Source of the DNA: Negaprion brevirostris
Taxonomy: Eukaryota
Length of the DNA stretch: 64,000 nucleotides
Direction of reading: 5' to 3'
NCBI GenBank assembly: GCA_030324005.1
Contig: JARDVH010000110.1
Coordinates: 11,442,296-11,506,295, forward strand
Both the position numbers and the translations under genes were made by a program. The notes below the pieces were generated by a model, which was not told the DNA's origin, did not search any database, and was given only the letters and a program-made list of their open reading frames with translations. The first letter of the stretch is position 1, and each line of letters opens with the position of its first letter. This document shows, one piece after another, positions 12,711-25,270 of this stretch.

Positions 12711-13083
12711 TGATTGATTGGTTTGATTTGATTTATTATTGTCACATGTATTAACATACAGTAAAAAGTATTGTTTCTTGCGCACTATACAGACAAAACA
12801 TACCATTCATAGAGAAGGAAACAAGAGAATGCAAAATGTAGTGTTACAGTCGTAGCTAGGGTGTAGAGAAAGATCAACTTAATGCAAGGTAAGTCCATTC
12901 AAACGTCTTACAGAAGCTGTTCTTGAGTCAACTGGTACATGACCTCAGACTTTCATATCTTTTTTCCATGCAAGAAAGTAAAAGAGAGAATGTCCAGGGT
13001 ATGTGGGGTCCTTAATTATACTGGCTGCTTTGCTGAGGCAGCGGGAAGTATAGACAGAGTCAGTGGATGGGAGGCTGGTTTGA
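12711..13083 (-). mobile_element. Rex1/Babar LINE 3' end
   Basis: Minus strand reads TSLPSTDSVYTSRCLSKAASIIKDPTYPGHSLF...KNSF, resembling the Rex1/Babar C-terminus. Ends in tgtgacaataataaa plus a (TCAAA)n tail. Confidence 0.8.
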
Positions 13084-14547
13084 CTGGGCTCCCAATACTT
13101 ATTATTCAGTCACATGCTTGCATCAGGTACCTCATTGGTCTAGGGATATTTGTTCTCACCTTAAAGAGATGAGGTGAAGAAACTATCAGGGGATAAAATC
13201 CATGTTGAACTTAAAACAGGTATGAGCCTGTTTCTGAAAGCTTTATGCACTTGGTTTTTCATTGGTTGAGGTATTGCAGTTAACAGGTATAATAAACCAA
13301 GCCCTTAACCAGTGAAAGCTCAATATGACTTTAAGGCACTCACTGAGTGTAATTGGGTTTTGAGAATTTTTTTTAAAAGTTGAGGTTTTATTTGCTAAAT
13401 AAACATTTCAAACTGAAGAAGAACTTTTGAGTAATAGTTCGGATTTCACATTGTGGGCTTCAGCGATAACCCTAATCACCAACAGCTGTGTTAAGTAAAA
13501 TGTAGTTTGGCTAAGTGTAAGACTCCCTTTTAAACAGCACAAATGAAAGGCATCACAAAAATACTAGAAGAATAAAAGAATGTCATTCTATACATTTTTT
13601 CACTAAGTGCAATTTCAGATGCAATAAGTTAAGAATTTTGTGAAGATTTAATTAGCTTCTGAAGTATTAAGTACTCTCCTTTTGGAGGGAGGGCTAAGTT
13701 TTCAGGCCCCTTCCTCCTGCCATTGTGGGTCTATCCCCTGACTAAGAGATTGGGCAAGCAGCCTGTTTCAGCACCTCACCAAATGGTGCTGAGTAACTCA
13801 TTCCTTGGAATTGATTGACAATGGCCTGGGATGATTTTTGCTTCCCTTTGCTTTCTACCCTTCAGATGTTCACTCACCATAGTGATAGCCCTCCATCGTA
13901 CCACATCAATTAGCCATTTGCCCCAGGCTCAAAAAAGAAAAGAGATTAGCCAGGTTTTTGGCTTCTGTTTGCAAATCAATGCTTCCTATTGGGAAACCTG
14001 CCAGTTTATGTGTGGCATGCGAAGGGAGAGTGAAGGTACTGGGTGCAATTTAATCTATGGGAAGCACAGACCCTAATGACTGAAGTACAAGTGGGTGCCA
14101 CTTCTGCTTGGATGTAAGGTGCCAGCGTGCACACACAATGTTAATGTTAAAGGACGAGTGGCAGCACATGGGCACAAGTGATGAGGCAGCGGGCAGGAAG
14201 TGGTGGAATCCACTGTCAGGTCCCCCGCGCCCCCCCCGCCCCCCNNNNNNNNNNNNNNNNNNNNNNNNNNNNNNNNNNNNNNNNNNNNNNNNNNNNNNNN
14301 NNNNNNNNNNNNNNNNNNNNNNNNNNNNATCCATCAGAGCAGACTGGAGAAGATTTGCAGATTTGGGAGGTTGTGATCTGGAAGACAAACTTTCATCCCC
14401 CTCATTGCTCTAAAGCTTCTATCCCCACGATATAGTCAGGAAACATTTCAGCACAGGCTAATATAACGTTGGACCTTCTGAATGTTCCCGGCTTGTGTAC
14501 ATCAGTGCCAACGTTCTGATGTGCTTAATATCAGAGGCAAGGACATG

Positions 14548-14915
14548 CATGCACACACACACACTCACTCATACAACTTCATACACTCACTCATCCCTAC
14601 TCACTCATTCTCACTCACTCACTTCCATACTCTCACTTTTTTAGTCACTATCTCACTCACTCACATTCTCACTCATTTGTTCATTCTCACACTCACTCTC
14701 ATTCTCCCTCATTTTCACACATACCTTCATTCTCACTCTTATTCTCTCATACTCCCTTTCACTCATTCTCTCTCTCTGGTATTCACACACTCATTCTCAC
14801 TCACACGCTCTCATGCTCATACACACTCTCATTCTCACTCGCACACTCTCATATTCACTCTCATTCTCACTCACTCTCTCATTCTCACTCTCTCTCATTC
14901 TCAATCTCTCTCTAT
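14548..14915. repeat. Degenerate (CA)/(CT)-rich low-complexity tract
   Basis: Directly visible (cactcattct-type units). Confidence 0.9.
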
Positions 14916-16214
14916 ACATCTATATGTTCTGTTGTAGCAAGATGTGGGCTAAGGGTGGCACAATACAACCAGATTTTTCAAAGTTGTTTTCTTTCTTAGC
15001 CAGCAACTCACATTGCCAGTTTTTTTTTAAAGGAAAACATGTATTTTGACAAACGCCTGCTTTTATAAAAAAATATTTTGACAGTGAATGCAGAAATGGG
15101 CAGAGGAGTAGCTGCAGAGAACCATTNNNNNNNNNNTCCTGTCACTGGATTGTCAGCAGAAAGTCAGAGCATCTGTCAGAGAGGGGCCCAAATGCAGGAA
15201 CTAGCCTCCCGTGTGTGTTTTCTACCCACTAACCAGCCTGGGAGAAGCAGCTCAGGGGAGCTGGGAGACATTGATTGACAGCTTCAATGTCAGGAAGTGA
15301 ATATGTGAAAAAGTTTAACTTCGATTTGGCAAGATCCCAACAACCCCCAATCCCCCTCCTTTTCCACTATGCTGCAATAAAATCCAGGTTTAAGTGACCT
15401 TCTCACTGCACAATTATTTCACCTCTCAAAAGGTTCTGAATGCTCTTAAAGGCACAGAGTCTCTGTGCTATCAGACTGAGTCTCCAAATATAGTTGTGTG
15501 CTCCTTTATTCAAATGCCAGTTCAATTACCAAAATATGCATGCGGAGAGGGGAATGAAATGAGTTGTCTTTGGGTCCCTTGTCTTCGCCTGCTCAGGAAT
15601 TGCTGAGTAAAAGCCATTTGATTCTACAAGGGAAAACTTATCTTAATTCTAATTTGTGCCAACATATGAATCTCGGCTGCGTGAATCTTACCCAACCCCC
15701 CTGCCCCCCTCCTCACGGCAATGAACCTCGTGCTTCTCTGTTTAAGACCTAGCTTCTGTAGGCCTTTCTGTCTGCCTTATCACCTCAGCAGGAAGATCTG
15801 AATCTTGCTTGAGTCGTCCAGATACCTTTAGCCCCAGCTCAGCCCTCTTTGTGTGTGTGAGTCTGCGTGGAGTGTATGTGCCAGAGGTTCATTGATGGTT
15901 GCAGAAAACTTTACTGCTAAATCCACTACTCCCCTGTGCCCCTGTCCTTCAAATGTATGAACTTTTTGGCAGGGGCCCCATGGTCAGTGCCCCAAATTGC
16001 TTCATGTTCTTTTTGGAACATACCCAGAAACCATCAGAGATTTTGCACTCCTCCAGTTTAGACCTTGTAGGGTATGCTCCGCTATTGACAGCCTTTCCTT
16101 CAGCTGTTGAGACCCTAAGCTCTGAAATTCCTGCCCTAAATGTCTTCATCTCTTGACCTCTCTATCATTCCTAAGGATGCTTCTTATCACCTACTTATTT
16201 AACCAGTCTTTTGG

Positions 16215-16753
16215 AGGGTAGATGGTAGTGCATTAACAATGTCACTGGATTAATAATCCAGAGGTCAGGCTCTGTGGACATGGGTTCAAATCCCACTATA
16301 GCAGTTGGTAGACTTTAAATTCAATTAATAAAATTGGGAATTGAAAATTAGTTTGGGCAACTGCTGTGCGTCATAGTGGAACCTAGTATTAGGCACATAG
16401 TGAATCCTTATTTTATAAATAAGGCACCTTGTAATCTTTATCTTAACTCAGTCTACTTATTATGGTGAATTTAAAATGATGGGTTTTTATACTATACGTT
16501 TTATATTACCCTTCTTCAACAATCATCGTCGATTGTTATGAAAACCCAACTTGTTCGCAAATGTCCCTTTAGGGAAGGAAATTCGCCATCCATACCTGGA
16601 TCTGGTCCACATGTGACTTCAGCCCCACAGCAGTGTTGTTAACTCTTAACTGCCCTCTGAAATGTTTGAGCAAGACACTCAGTTCAAGGGCAATTAGAGA
16701 TGGGCAACAAATGCCAGGCCTTTGCAGGCGATGCCCACATTCTGTAAAAGAAT
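16215..16753 (+). mobile_element. tRNA-derived SINE with L2-type tail, carrying an insertion of about 155 bp
   Basis: B box gggttcaaatccc. Body tttagggaaggaaa..gcca..catgtgact. Tail ggcaattagagatgggcaacaaatgc..gatgcccacat. Confidence 0.75.
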
Positions 16754-17439
16754 AGGTCACTTGCCCTAACATCTCAATTTGTGACTCGGTGACTGACTTC
16801 TGATGTTCCACTGAAGCAGTTTGGAACACTTTATTGGGTCAGAAGTGTCACATAAATGGAAATTGTTGAATTGAAGTGAATCATTTTTAAGGTGGAGTGA
16901 CAGGCAAATCCCATGCCCAGGAGGGAGAGCTGAATAATCCCTTCCTTCAGTCAGGGAACACCGGGCAGCACCCTAACCACTAGGATCAAGTTGACTCATA
17001 TCAGCTAACTCAGCGCAGACTGGGAATCATTATGAATTAATGGGCAGGATACATATTTATATAGCTTGTCTCCCTACTCTGACACTTGTTAACCCCATCC
17101 CATTCTAGGGTCTAGTGATGCCCCAAGTTTTACGAAAGACACTAATAAAAAAAAACTGAAGTAATGATAAATTTTCATAAATTATTTATTATCTGTTTCA
17201 ATATTTACTTTGAGCTCCTGCAATGTGTTGAAAATGAGCCCTCTCACAGCTTTGTTGCTGTTGGGACCCTGGAGAATTATCCCATTCACCAGGTTTATTT
17301 GTGAAGAGATTTTACTGAAGTGGATTCTCCCTTTAGCCACTTATGGGACAATCTTGGAAGTTCTGGAAGGCAACCTGTCCTTTCTACACCGTTCTAAAGG
17401 TCAATTCACTGACCTCAAGTCTGCAACTACATAGAATTA

Positions 17440-17840
17440 CACAAAATACAGAGCACCGGAATGAGCCATTCAGTCCAACCACTCTTTGGTAGTGTTTATG
17501 CTCCACATGAGACTCCTCCTACTGTTCCTCATCTCAAATGTATCAGCATAACCTTCTAATCACTTCTTCCTTGTGTTCATCATGTTTCACTTTCAACTCA
17601 TATTTGCTTCAACCACTCTTCATCTAAGTGTATTCCACATTCTTACCACTCATTAGGTAAAGAACTTTCTCTTTTGAATTTAAGAGTGAGTCATATTTAT
17701 AGCTCACAACTTTGAACACCAACAGAAAGAGAGACATCTTCTCTGCATTCAACTTTTGATAATCTTAAAGACCTATCTTGCGTCACCCCTCAAGCTTGCC
17801 TTGAAGAGAGAAAAGGGCCCCAGCCTGTCCAGATTCTCCT
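17440..17840 (-). mobile_element. Old CR1 3' end fragment
   Basis: gccattcagtcc..., ttccacattcttaccact..gtaaagaa, and ataatcttaaagacctat..tcacccctcaagctt are typical reverse-strand CR1 ORF-end and UTR motifs. Confidence 0.55.
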
Positions 17841-18108
17841 GAGAACCAGGGTAGGTAATTCATGAACTTTCCACTCCAGGCTGCTGCCATGTGTGGATAT
17901 ATGGTGTGCCAGCTAGGAATGCCGATGGCTTTCAGTCATCCTGCTTCTAACCAACACCTCCTACCCTGTGTGTGCACACACACGCATACACATGCCTGCC
18001 CTGATGAAAAGCCCTGTGATCAGGCCTTACATCAACACAGGGCCAGAACTTCGAGAAAGGCAGATGGGTGAAGAAGTAAAATGTGTATTTTTGAGTTCTA
18101 GCCAACAG

Positions 18109-18663
18109 ATCACAGAATCATAGAATCCCTACGGTGCAGAAGGAGGCCATTCAGCCCATTGAGCCTGCACCAACAGGAATCTCACCCAGGCCCTATCCCT
18201 GTAATCCCACATATTTAACCTGCTGGTCACCCTGACAGTAAGGGGCAATTTAGCATGGCCAATCCACCTCACCTGCATATTTTTGGACTGTGGGAGGAAA
18301 CCGGAGCACCCAGAGAAAACCCCCACAGACACAAAGAGAACATGCAAACTTCGGACANNNNNNNNNNNNNNNNNNNNNNNNNNNNNNNNNNNNNNNNNNN
18401 NNNNNNNNNNNNNNNNNNNNNNNNNNNNNNNNNNNNNNNNNNNNNNNNNNNNNNNNNCCCTGACAGTAAGGGGCAATTTAGCATGGCCAATCCACCTAAC
18501 CTGCATATTTTTGGACTGTGGGAGGAAACCGGAGCACCCAGAGAAAACCCACACAGACACAAAGAGAACATGCAAACTTCGGACAGTCACCCGAGGCCAG
18601 AATTGAACTCGGGTCCCTGATGCTGTGAGGCAGCAGTGTTAACCATTGTACAGCCGTGCCACC
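18109..18663 (-). mobile_element. HE1-like V-SINE (middle duplicated across a 100-N gap)
   Basis: Tail catagaatccctac, V-domain, and head gctgtgaggcagcagtgttaacca. 18230-18357 is repeated at 18458-18585. Confidence 0.9.
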
Positions 18664-20759
18664 CCTATTGAAATGAAAATCTCAAATGATGCACGTCCAA
18701 ATTGGCAAACTTTCCTGGAGGAGCTGTTGGCTGGAGTCCCCAAATCTGAATGTTTTGTGCACCCAGTGTGTGCCTTTCACTCTCATACTTCACTTCTACC
18801 ATAGGTTCAAACCTCACCTCTACCCTCAGTGACAAAGCTTCACTCACCAAACTTCACCTACACCTCCTTAAATCTTTCAACCTCCCTCAAATTCAACCTT
18901 CGGGCTGCTTCTTGTAAGTTCAGATCAGCTTGGACTATTTCCCCCAGTAAAGCACTTTAAGATGTTTTGTTATGTGAAAATTGTTGTATAATTACAAGTT
19001 GTTGTGTTTGTTCTATTCACTAAGGTCAAACAGTTTGGCTGTGCACTGTACAATGCTTTCTAAGAAGTCTTTGTTTAATGACTTGTTCATGTCAAGAGAA
19101 GGGAGAGAAAATATTTATAATTCAAAAATTGATTCTTTTTTCCTTTATTTTTATGTTAGACCAGGCAAGGAAATTTTTATGGTCTTCACTTGAACTGAAG
19201 GGGATAAGCTTGTGGAAAGGGTCGAGAGTTCCAGGCAGGGTAAAAGGTAACAGAATAAGAAAGCAGCTAGTGTTGTGCTTCCTATCACTGGTGTCATTGT
19301 AGGTAGCTGTGAATTAAGCCTTAGTTTGGCATCAGCTGCAATAAATCTCAGGCCCACTGATGAGTTCAGTGTGGGCAGTGGAGCATGGAGTGAAGTGGGG
19401 GGTGGCCAGGCAGTGTTTGTGTTGTTCTTAGCGACACGTAGCAAAGTTCCCTACCCCCTCCACCTCTCAAACGGAAGGCTCTGGCTCCAGCATGTCGCCA
19501 CTGAAAGCAGGAACATTGCTTGCACATGTGGTGGGAAAGAGCGGTGCATTTCACTAAGAGGACTGCAGCCAGTGAAGTTTATTCGAGGAGTGTAATATCG
19601 AGGTGGAACAGGAGAGGGAGAAGACACTGAGAGAGAGAGGTGGGAAGGAAATGAGAATAGACAGCTTCAAGTCGACCACTATGATACTGAATGTTATGAA
19701 GTGTTCAGGAATTGTATGATAAACCAAACTGGCATATTTTTCTGCATTTCTGTGTGGCACCCTGCATCTTCCTTGTTGCTCTGCGATCCAAAGTCAATGT
19801 TGTGACAGGACTGCTGCACAGACACACACACACACCAGTATCTTGGAATGCTGAATTTTTTAACATGGTGGGCACTGCATAATACCTTTTGGAAATCTAT
19901 CATAAATATTATTATTAGAGAGGAAGAGGATGCAGCACTCATATATCACTGTATTATTAATAACAGTGTCCAAATAAAATGCAGACCTTGTCAGATTTAA
20001 CAGATGACTGCAAACGTCCTAGTTTGAAACTAAAGACTCATTTCAAGAACCGTGCAACTTTAATTCCCAACCTAGTTAACCCTTTCTCTTCCTGGGTTCA
20101 GAACTTTGACTTTCCCTCCTCTCCCTCCTCCGCTCCCTTATTACTAGTAGAAATAGAACTTGTCCTTTTCCAACAACTCATCCCCTTCCTCCCCACCTCC
20201 ACTCCTTTGGTACCTCATCCAAGTGGCCACCCATTCTGTGTGAAACGATTGTCGGCACATGGTCTATCTGTGCTCACCTTGGGGATCTCGTCCATTTTTA
20301 CACAGCAAGCTCCCACGAACAACAGTGTGATAATGACATGATAACTCTTTTAATGAAGCTGACTAAGGGACAATTATTGGCCAATACACTGGGGATAAAT
20401 CCCCTTCTCTTGTTTAAACCAATGCCAAGAAGAAGGAATGCCTTCAGGAGAGTAGGGCAAAACTGGAGGGGTGAGGTAGAGTATCAGATATTCAATTGTC
20501 ATTCTTGAGGAGGGCTCCAGTTCGCTTAGGCTTTCATGTTTGTCCACAGAACTCTGCCCACTCCCCCACATGCTTGTTGCTCTGTGGTGAGCTTACAGAC
20601 TGAGCATCGTTCAAATGCATCATTGACCAGCCAATACACCTCTGCCCCCTCCATTCCTTTGATATTCACACACATTCAGTTTCCAGTGGAGATCGTTGTA
20701 TCAGGAGTAGGGACATTCCCTCACCTTCCCAATCAGCTTGCTGATTTTATCTTACTTCA

Positions 20760-21113
20760 GGGAGATGGTGGTGTAGTGGCAATATCACTTGACTAGTGAT
20801 CTAGAGCTTAGGCTAATGCTGTGGGGGCATGGGTTCAAATCCCACAGCACTATAAAATCTGTGCTATCAAAGCTAGGCTCATTATGGTGGTCATTGATTT
20901 TTGTAAAAAAAGCCATATGGTTAACTAATGTCCTTTAGGGAAGGAAATCTGCCATCCTTACCTGATTTGGCTACATGTGACTCCAGACCCACAGCAATGT
21001 GGCTGACTCCTAACTTCCTTCTTAAATGACCCAACAAAGCACTTTCAAGAGCGTTTAGTGATGGGCAACAAATGCTGGCCTTGTCAGTGATGCCCACATC
21101 CTAAGAAAGAATA
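20760..21113 (+). mobile_element. tRNA-derived SINE with L2-type tail
   Basis: A box tggtgtagtgg, B box gggttcaaatccc, and tail gatgggcaacaaatgctggccttgtcagtgatgcccacatcc. Confidence 0.8.
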
Positions 21114-21419
21114 AATTACTTCCTTTGCCCAAAACCATTGAGGCTAATGGCGATAAGCAAATGTGCTTGAGATCAGGTAACTCAACACTGATCTGGACTT
21201 ACATATGGAACATCCCAGCCTGTCTCCCTCAGCTTCACATTAGCACATTGGTCCAGCTTTTCTCATCATAACACTAATTGTGAGCCATGAAAATGAATAA
21301 ATTTATTCGTGCATTGAGTCAGAGGATTCTGAGGGGTGGGAGTGGGTGGGTATGGGTTGAGGTAATTGGGCTGGGGTATGGGAGGCAGAGGGAGATAAAA
21401 TTAAAATGCGGCAACTTGA

Positions 21420-21578
21420 AGTAAAAACAGAAAATGCTGGAAAACAGTTAGCTGCATCCGTGGAGAGAGAAACCAAGTGTTTCAGGTCAATGACCTTTCA
21501 TCAGTTTGGACTAAATGTTAACTGTTGTTCTTGACTCCAGCCTGAAGTGCTGAGTGTTTTCCAACATTTTCTGTCTTT
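21420..21578. mobile_element. Palindromic Penelope-derived short element with hammerhead core
   Basis: Ends aaacagaaaatgctggaaaac / gttttccaacattttctgtcttt are inverted. Minus strand 21480-21504 reads CTGATGA-a-aggtc-att-gacct-GAAA. Confidence 0.65.
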
Positions 21579-22317
21579 GACTGCAGCAACTCAAAGGGTT
21601 GGCTTGTATCTTCTGCCTTTTGTGCTAATTATTTACTAGCTGTAGCTGTCCAGCTCCAGCTCCCCTTCTCCTGCTGCTGACATCATTCTACACCAGTGAC
21701 ATATCAGTTACATGGTGAATCAGCAGGAATAATGAGAATGTTTGAAAGCCGTCGCATCTCCTTTATAATTACACCGATCTGCTCTTCAGGCAAACTCTTA
21801 GAAAGACAATCATATGGTAATTACATTAGGCTCAGACACAACAGCAAAAAGGGCAGCGTGGAGCTGCTGCCACTGCATCTCATTGTCCTGTCCCTCCTCC
21901 TTCCTTATATTTACAATGCAGTTAGGTAAGCTGTGGCTGGGGGTAGAGGCAAGGGTAATGTATTAACCCATTACTTGTTCTCTGAAGACCTTTTAACTTA
22001 CATAGGGAGACTGGAGAGTAAAACATCTGTATTTTAGGCAGTATTCAAAAAGCACTCCCTTCAGTCTCTGTCATGTTAATCAGCTCAGTTTCTCAATTTA
22101 ACACTAATTGCATTATTGAAAAGCCTAACATTTTTGTTGCAAATAAAATGTCGTACAAGTGCACTGAAGATGTATTTAGTTTAGGTTAAAGCTGAGGTTA
22201 TGTTTGCTATGGTTACTACTAAAGTCAGTCCAGAATTGCAGATTCCTCCCTTATTAGAATACAAAAACAAATCGAGAGAATCTATTCCTTTGCTGCTGGT
22301 AAAAATGCACTCGTTCT

Positions 22318-22530
22318 CACTCTGTCTGTCTGTCTCTTCCCCCCACCCCCCTTAATTTCTTTCTCTCTCCTATCCTTCCTTCCTTTCTCTTCTTTTTTTC
22401 TCTCTCCCTTCTTCCTTTGCAATTTCAATTTCTATGTCTCTCCCTCCGTTTTCTCAATCTCTCTCTTTCTCCCTATAAACAGATTATTGGNNNNNNNNNN
22501 NNNNNCTCAATCTCTCTCTTTCTCCCTATA
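22318..22530. repeat. CT-rich polypyrimidine low-complexity tract
   Basis: Directly visible. Confidence 0.85.
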
Positions 22531-24161
22531 AACATATTATTGGAAGAAAGCCCAGTGAATTTTTAAACGTCTTTTGGTCAGTACAAGGTTATTCAGGCTG
22601 TTTTTGATGACGCATGAACCCATGATATATTTTTGATGGGTCATATGCAAATATTATGGACCTTTAGATAACTTAGGCAGGGAGCTCACTGGAAATAATC
22701 TCAAAGGAGGCCATGATGCATAGCAGTCATCACAGTAGTAACTTACACTCAATAAAACCCGTTTCAAAAAAGATTGCTAATTTTCTGCCTTTCTCTCCAG
22801 TATCATTGACTCGTGCTTGGGTAGACCCTTCATGGTGTGACCAGATTATTACACATGATGGCTAACCTGATCCTGCACAAATTTTCCAATAGCAGTTAGG
22901 GATAGAGAGTAGGCTGATTTATGGGATTCTCTGTCCTTCCTTCCTGGCGGCCTGCCGCTATCACATCATCCCCCCCCCACCCCCCCCCAACTTCCAATCA
23001 GCTCCTGTCCATTGNNNNNNNNNNGTCTGTGAGCAAGCCCCTTCGATAAAGAATTAAACTTGGAATTACGTTATTCACTTATTCGTCAAAATTAGTTTGA
23101 GGTTTCCCAGTGAAGTCAGCAGTTTTCTGTGGAAACGTACAGTGGATCTCTGAAATGTTTTTTGGTGAGATACTGGATTTGCTGTGATCGCATTGCAAAT
23201 AGCTCTGTGACCAGCTCATTTTAACATAGGCAGCCTTTGTAACCTCAATGGCTGGAGCCATTTTTTTATATTTCTTGTGGATCAAGGCTCCATTGTCAAC
23301 CAACACAGGCCCTGCTAGGGCTGTTTTGTGTGGTCTTGATGCCCCAACTCTTCAATGCCCCTCATCCCTCATTGGCCTCAATCTCACAGTGCCTCAATAT
23401 AAGGAAAGCAAAGAAAAAAGTTAGTCGTGGATCTTTGCTAACTGTCTGATGCCTACTTGGTAAGGTAGGATAGGTTGTGATGTGTCTTGTGTTGAGGTAG
23501 CTGCCAATACTGACAGTCTGGATTTGGGTTTGCGGGATGACTAGAGTGGATGAACTATCTGTTGTTGGACTGTTCACTGGTGAGTCAGCACTGATTCTCC
23601 CTTACAATCAACCGGTCTTTTCTCCCCATTCTCCTATAATTTTAAAACCAATAAACTAAGGTGATCAAAGAAAATGTGTAAAAATACAAAATGTTTCAAT
23701 TTTTTTTGTGGTTTTCTTGCCGTGTATCTGCTTGCCTGAACGTCTAAGTGATTCATCTTCAATTCCTGGAGACTACAGGGCAATCCTGGGGTGTTAACTC
23801 CAGCAGAGAGTCAGAATTTCATCTGTGCTGAGGTGAGATGATAAGAAATTAGGCCTATATAAGGCCCCCTCTTCCCTCCATCACATGGAACTTTCCTATC
23901 ATTATGCCTCATGTGACTTCAGGCAAGAAGGCAGAGGAAGACTCAGTCCTAGTCTGGGCTTGCACAAAATGCTATTTTTTCAAGGATTTAGAGTTGCTTA
24001 AGAATGGATTGCCTCTATTTTGTGTTGGGAATCTATAAATAGAATCTTATTGAGGTGTTGGGGGTCTCAGAAGAGACCAATGCTGTCTCTTCTTGGGAAG
24101 GCCCACCAAAGCACAGACCAATCAGGCAGTGGTGAGGCCTTCCCCTGGAGTCAAACCCCCA

Positions 24162-24306
24162 GTAAGAATTCTCACAACACCAGGTTAAAGTCCAACCTGA
24201 CGGAGCAAGTGCTCCGAAAGCTGGTGGCTTTTGCTACCAAGTAAACCTGGTGTTGTGAGACTTCTTAGTGTGTTTATCCCAGTCCAACGCTGGCATCTCC
24301 ACATCA
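24162..24306 (+). mobile_element. Penelope pseudo-LTR fragment with inverted 5' piece
   Basis: Same sequence as the terminus of the Penelope element at 62027. 24163-24186 is inverted relative to 24244-24267. Confidence 0.8.
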
Positions 24307-24652
24307 AGACTCTGGGACAGAGGTCTTACCTGCTGAGAGTTGCTGGCCAATCAGAGACCAGACACTCTTGTGCCCAGCAGCTTCTGGCTGTGGCTGCTGC
24401 CAGAAGGATTGACACTAGAATCTCTCCATTTCAAGTGTTGGGTCGCTTGATCAGGCACAAGGTGCCTCTGGTCCCACCCACATCCTGGAGGTGACAATCT
24501 GGCTGCAAAGTTTTACTTGTCATGCAGGCCACATATCGACAGGCCAGACTCAGCTAGACTAATGCCAATGATGACAGGGGAATGAGACCCTTGAACCATA
24601 AAATCAAGGTTATGGTTTTATGGTTCCTTGATATGATTTTATGGTTCCTTGA

Positions 24653-24970
24653 TATAGAATCCCTTTGGTGCAAAAGGAGGCCATTTGGCCCATTGAGGCC
24701 GTACTGGCAACAATCCCAGCCAGGCCCTATCCCCATAACCACACACATTTACCCTGCTAATCCTCTCGACACTAAGGGACAATTTACAGTAGCCAATCAA
24801 CCCAACCCACACAACTTTGGACTGTGGGAGGAAACCAGAGCACCCGGGGGAAACCCGTGCAGACATGGGAAGAATGTGCAGACTCCAGTCAGACAGTCAC
24901 CCAAGGCCAGATTGAACCCAGGTCCCTGACACTGAGGCAGCAGTGCTGACCAATGAGCCACCGTGCCACC
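24653..24970 (-). mobile_element. HE1-like V-SINE
   Basis: Tail, V-domain (ttggactgtgggaggaaacc..agcacccgg) and tRNA-like head are all present. Confidence 0.9.
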
Positions 24971-25124
24971 TCAAGTGGTAATTAGTTGACGTTGGCCAGG
25001 AAAATTGCCTTCCAGCACAGAACCTAATCCTGGCGAGAGCACAAGATTGCACCAACTTTGCTGCTCCACTCCCTGAGCTTCTGCCACAAATTTTTTAACT
25101 CCCTTGAGTTTATCCATCTATTGA

Positions 25125-25270
25125 GTAAGTAGCTGAGCCGTAAAGGGCAAGAAGGTCCCTGCTTTGATCCCGGTTGGTGCTGAACTTGCAGATCTCAGCT
25201 CTTGGAGTGATGGTGCAGCTACAGTGACTTAAATTGGCCAGTTTTCCTGCTTCTGATCACCGTCTAACTA
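25125..25270 (+). mobile_element. Ancient tRNA-like SINE fragment (unclassified; related pieces near 6530, 8615, 11805, 16900, 40780, 52420 and 59550)
   Basis: Recurring gctgagcc..aggtccc..ttgatccc..gtgctga.tt.gc.gatctcagc motif. Confidence 0.5.

Noticed and set aside
12029-14937. His/Thr- or Cys/Val-rich ORFs
   Set aside because: These are translations of (TG)/(CA) low-complexity DNA.
20760-20845. tRNA gene
   Set aside because: A and B boxes are present but run straight into a SINE body repeated elsewhere in the window. No full cloverleaf.
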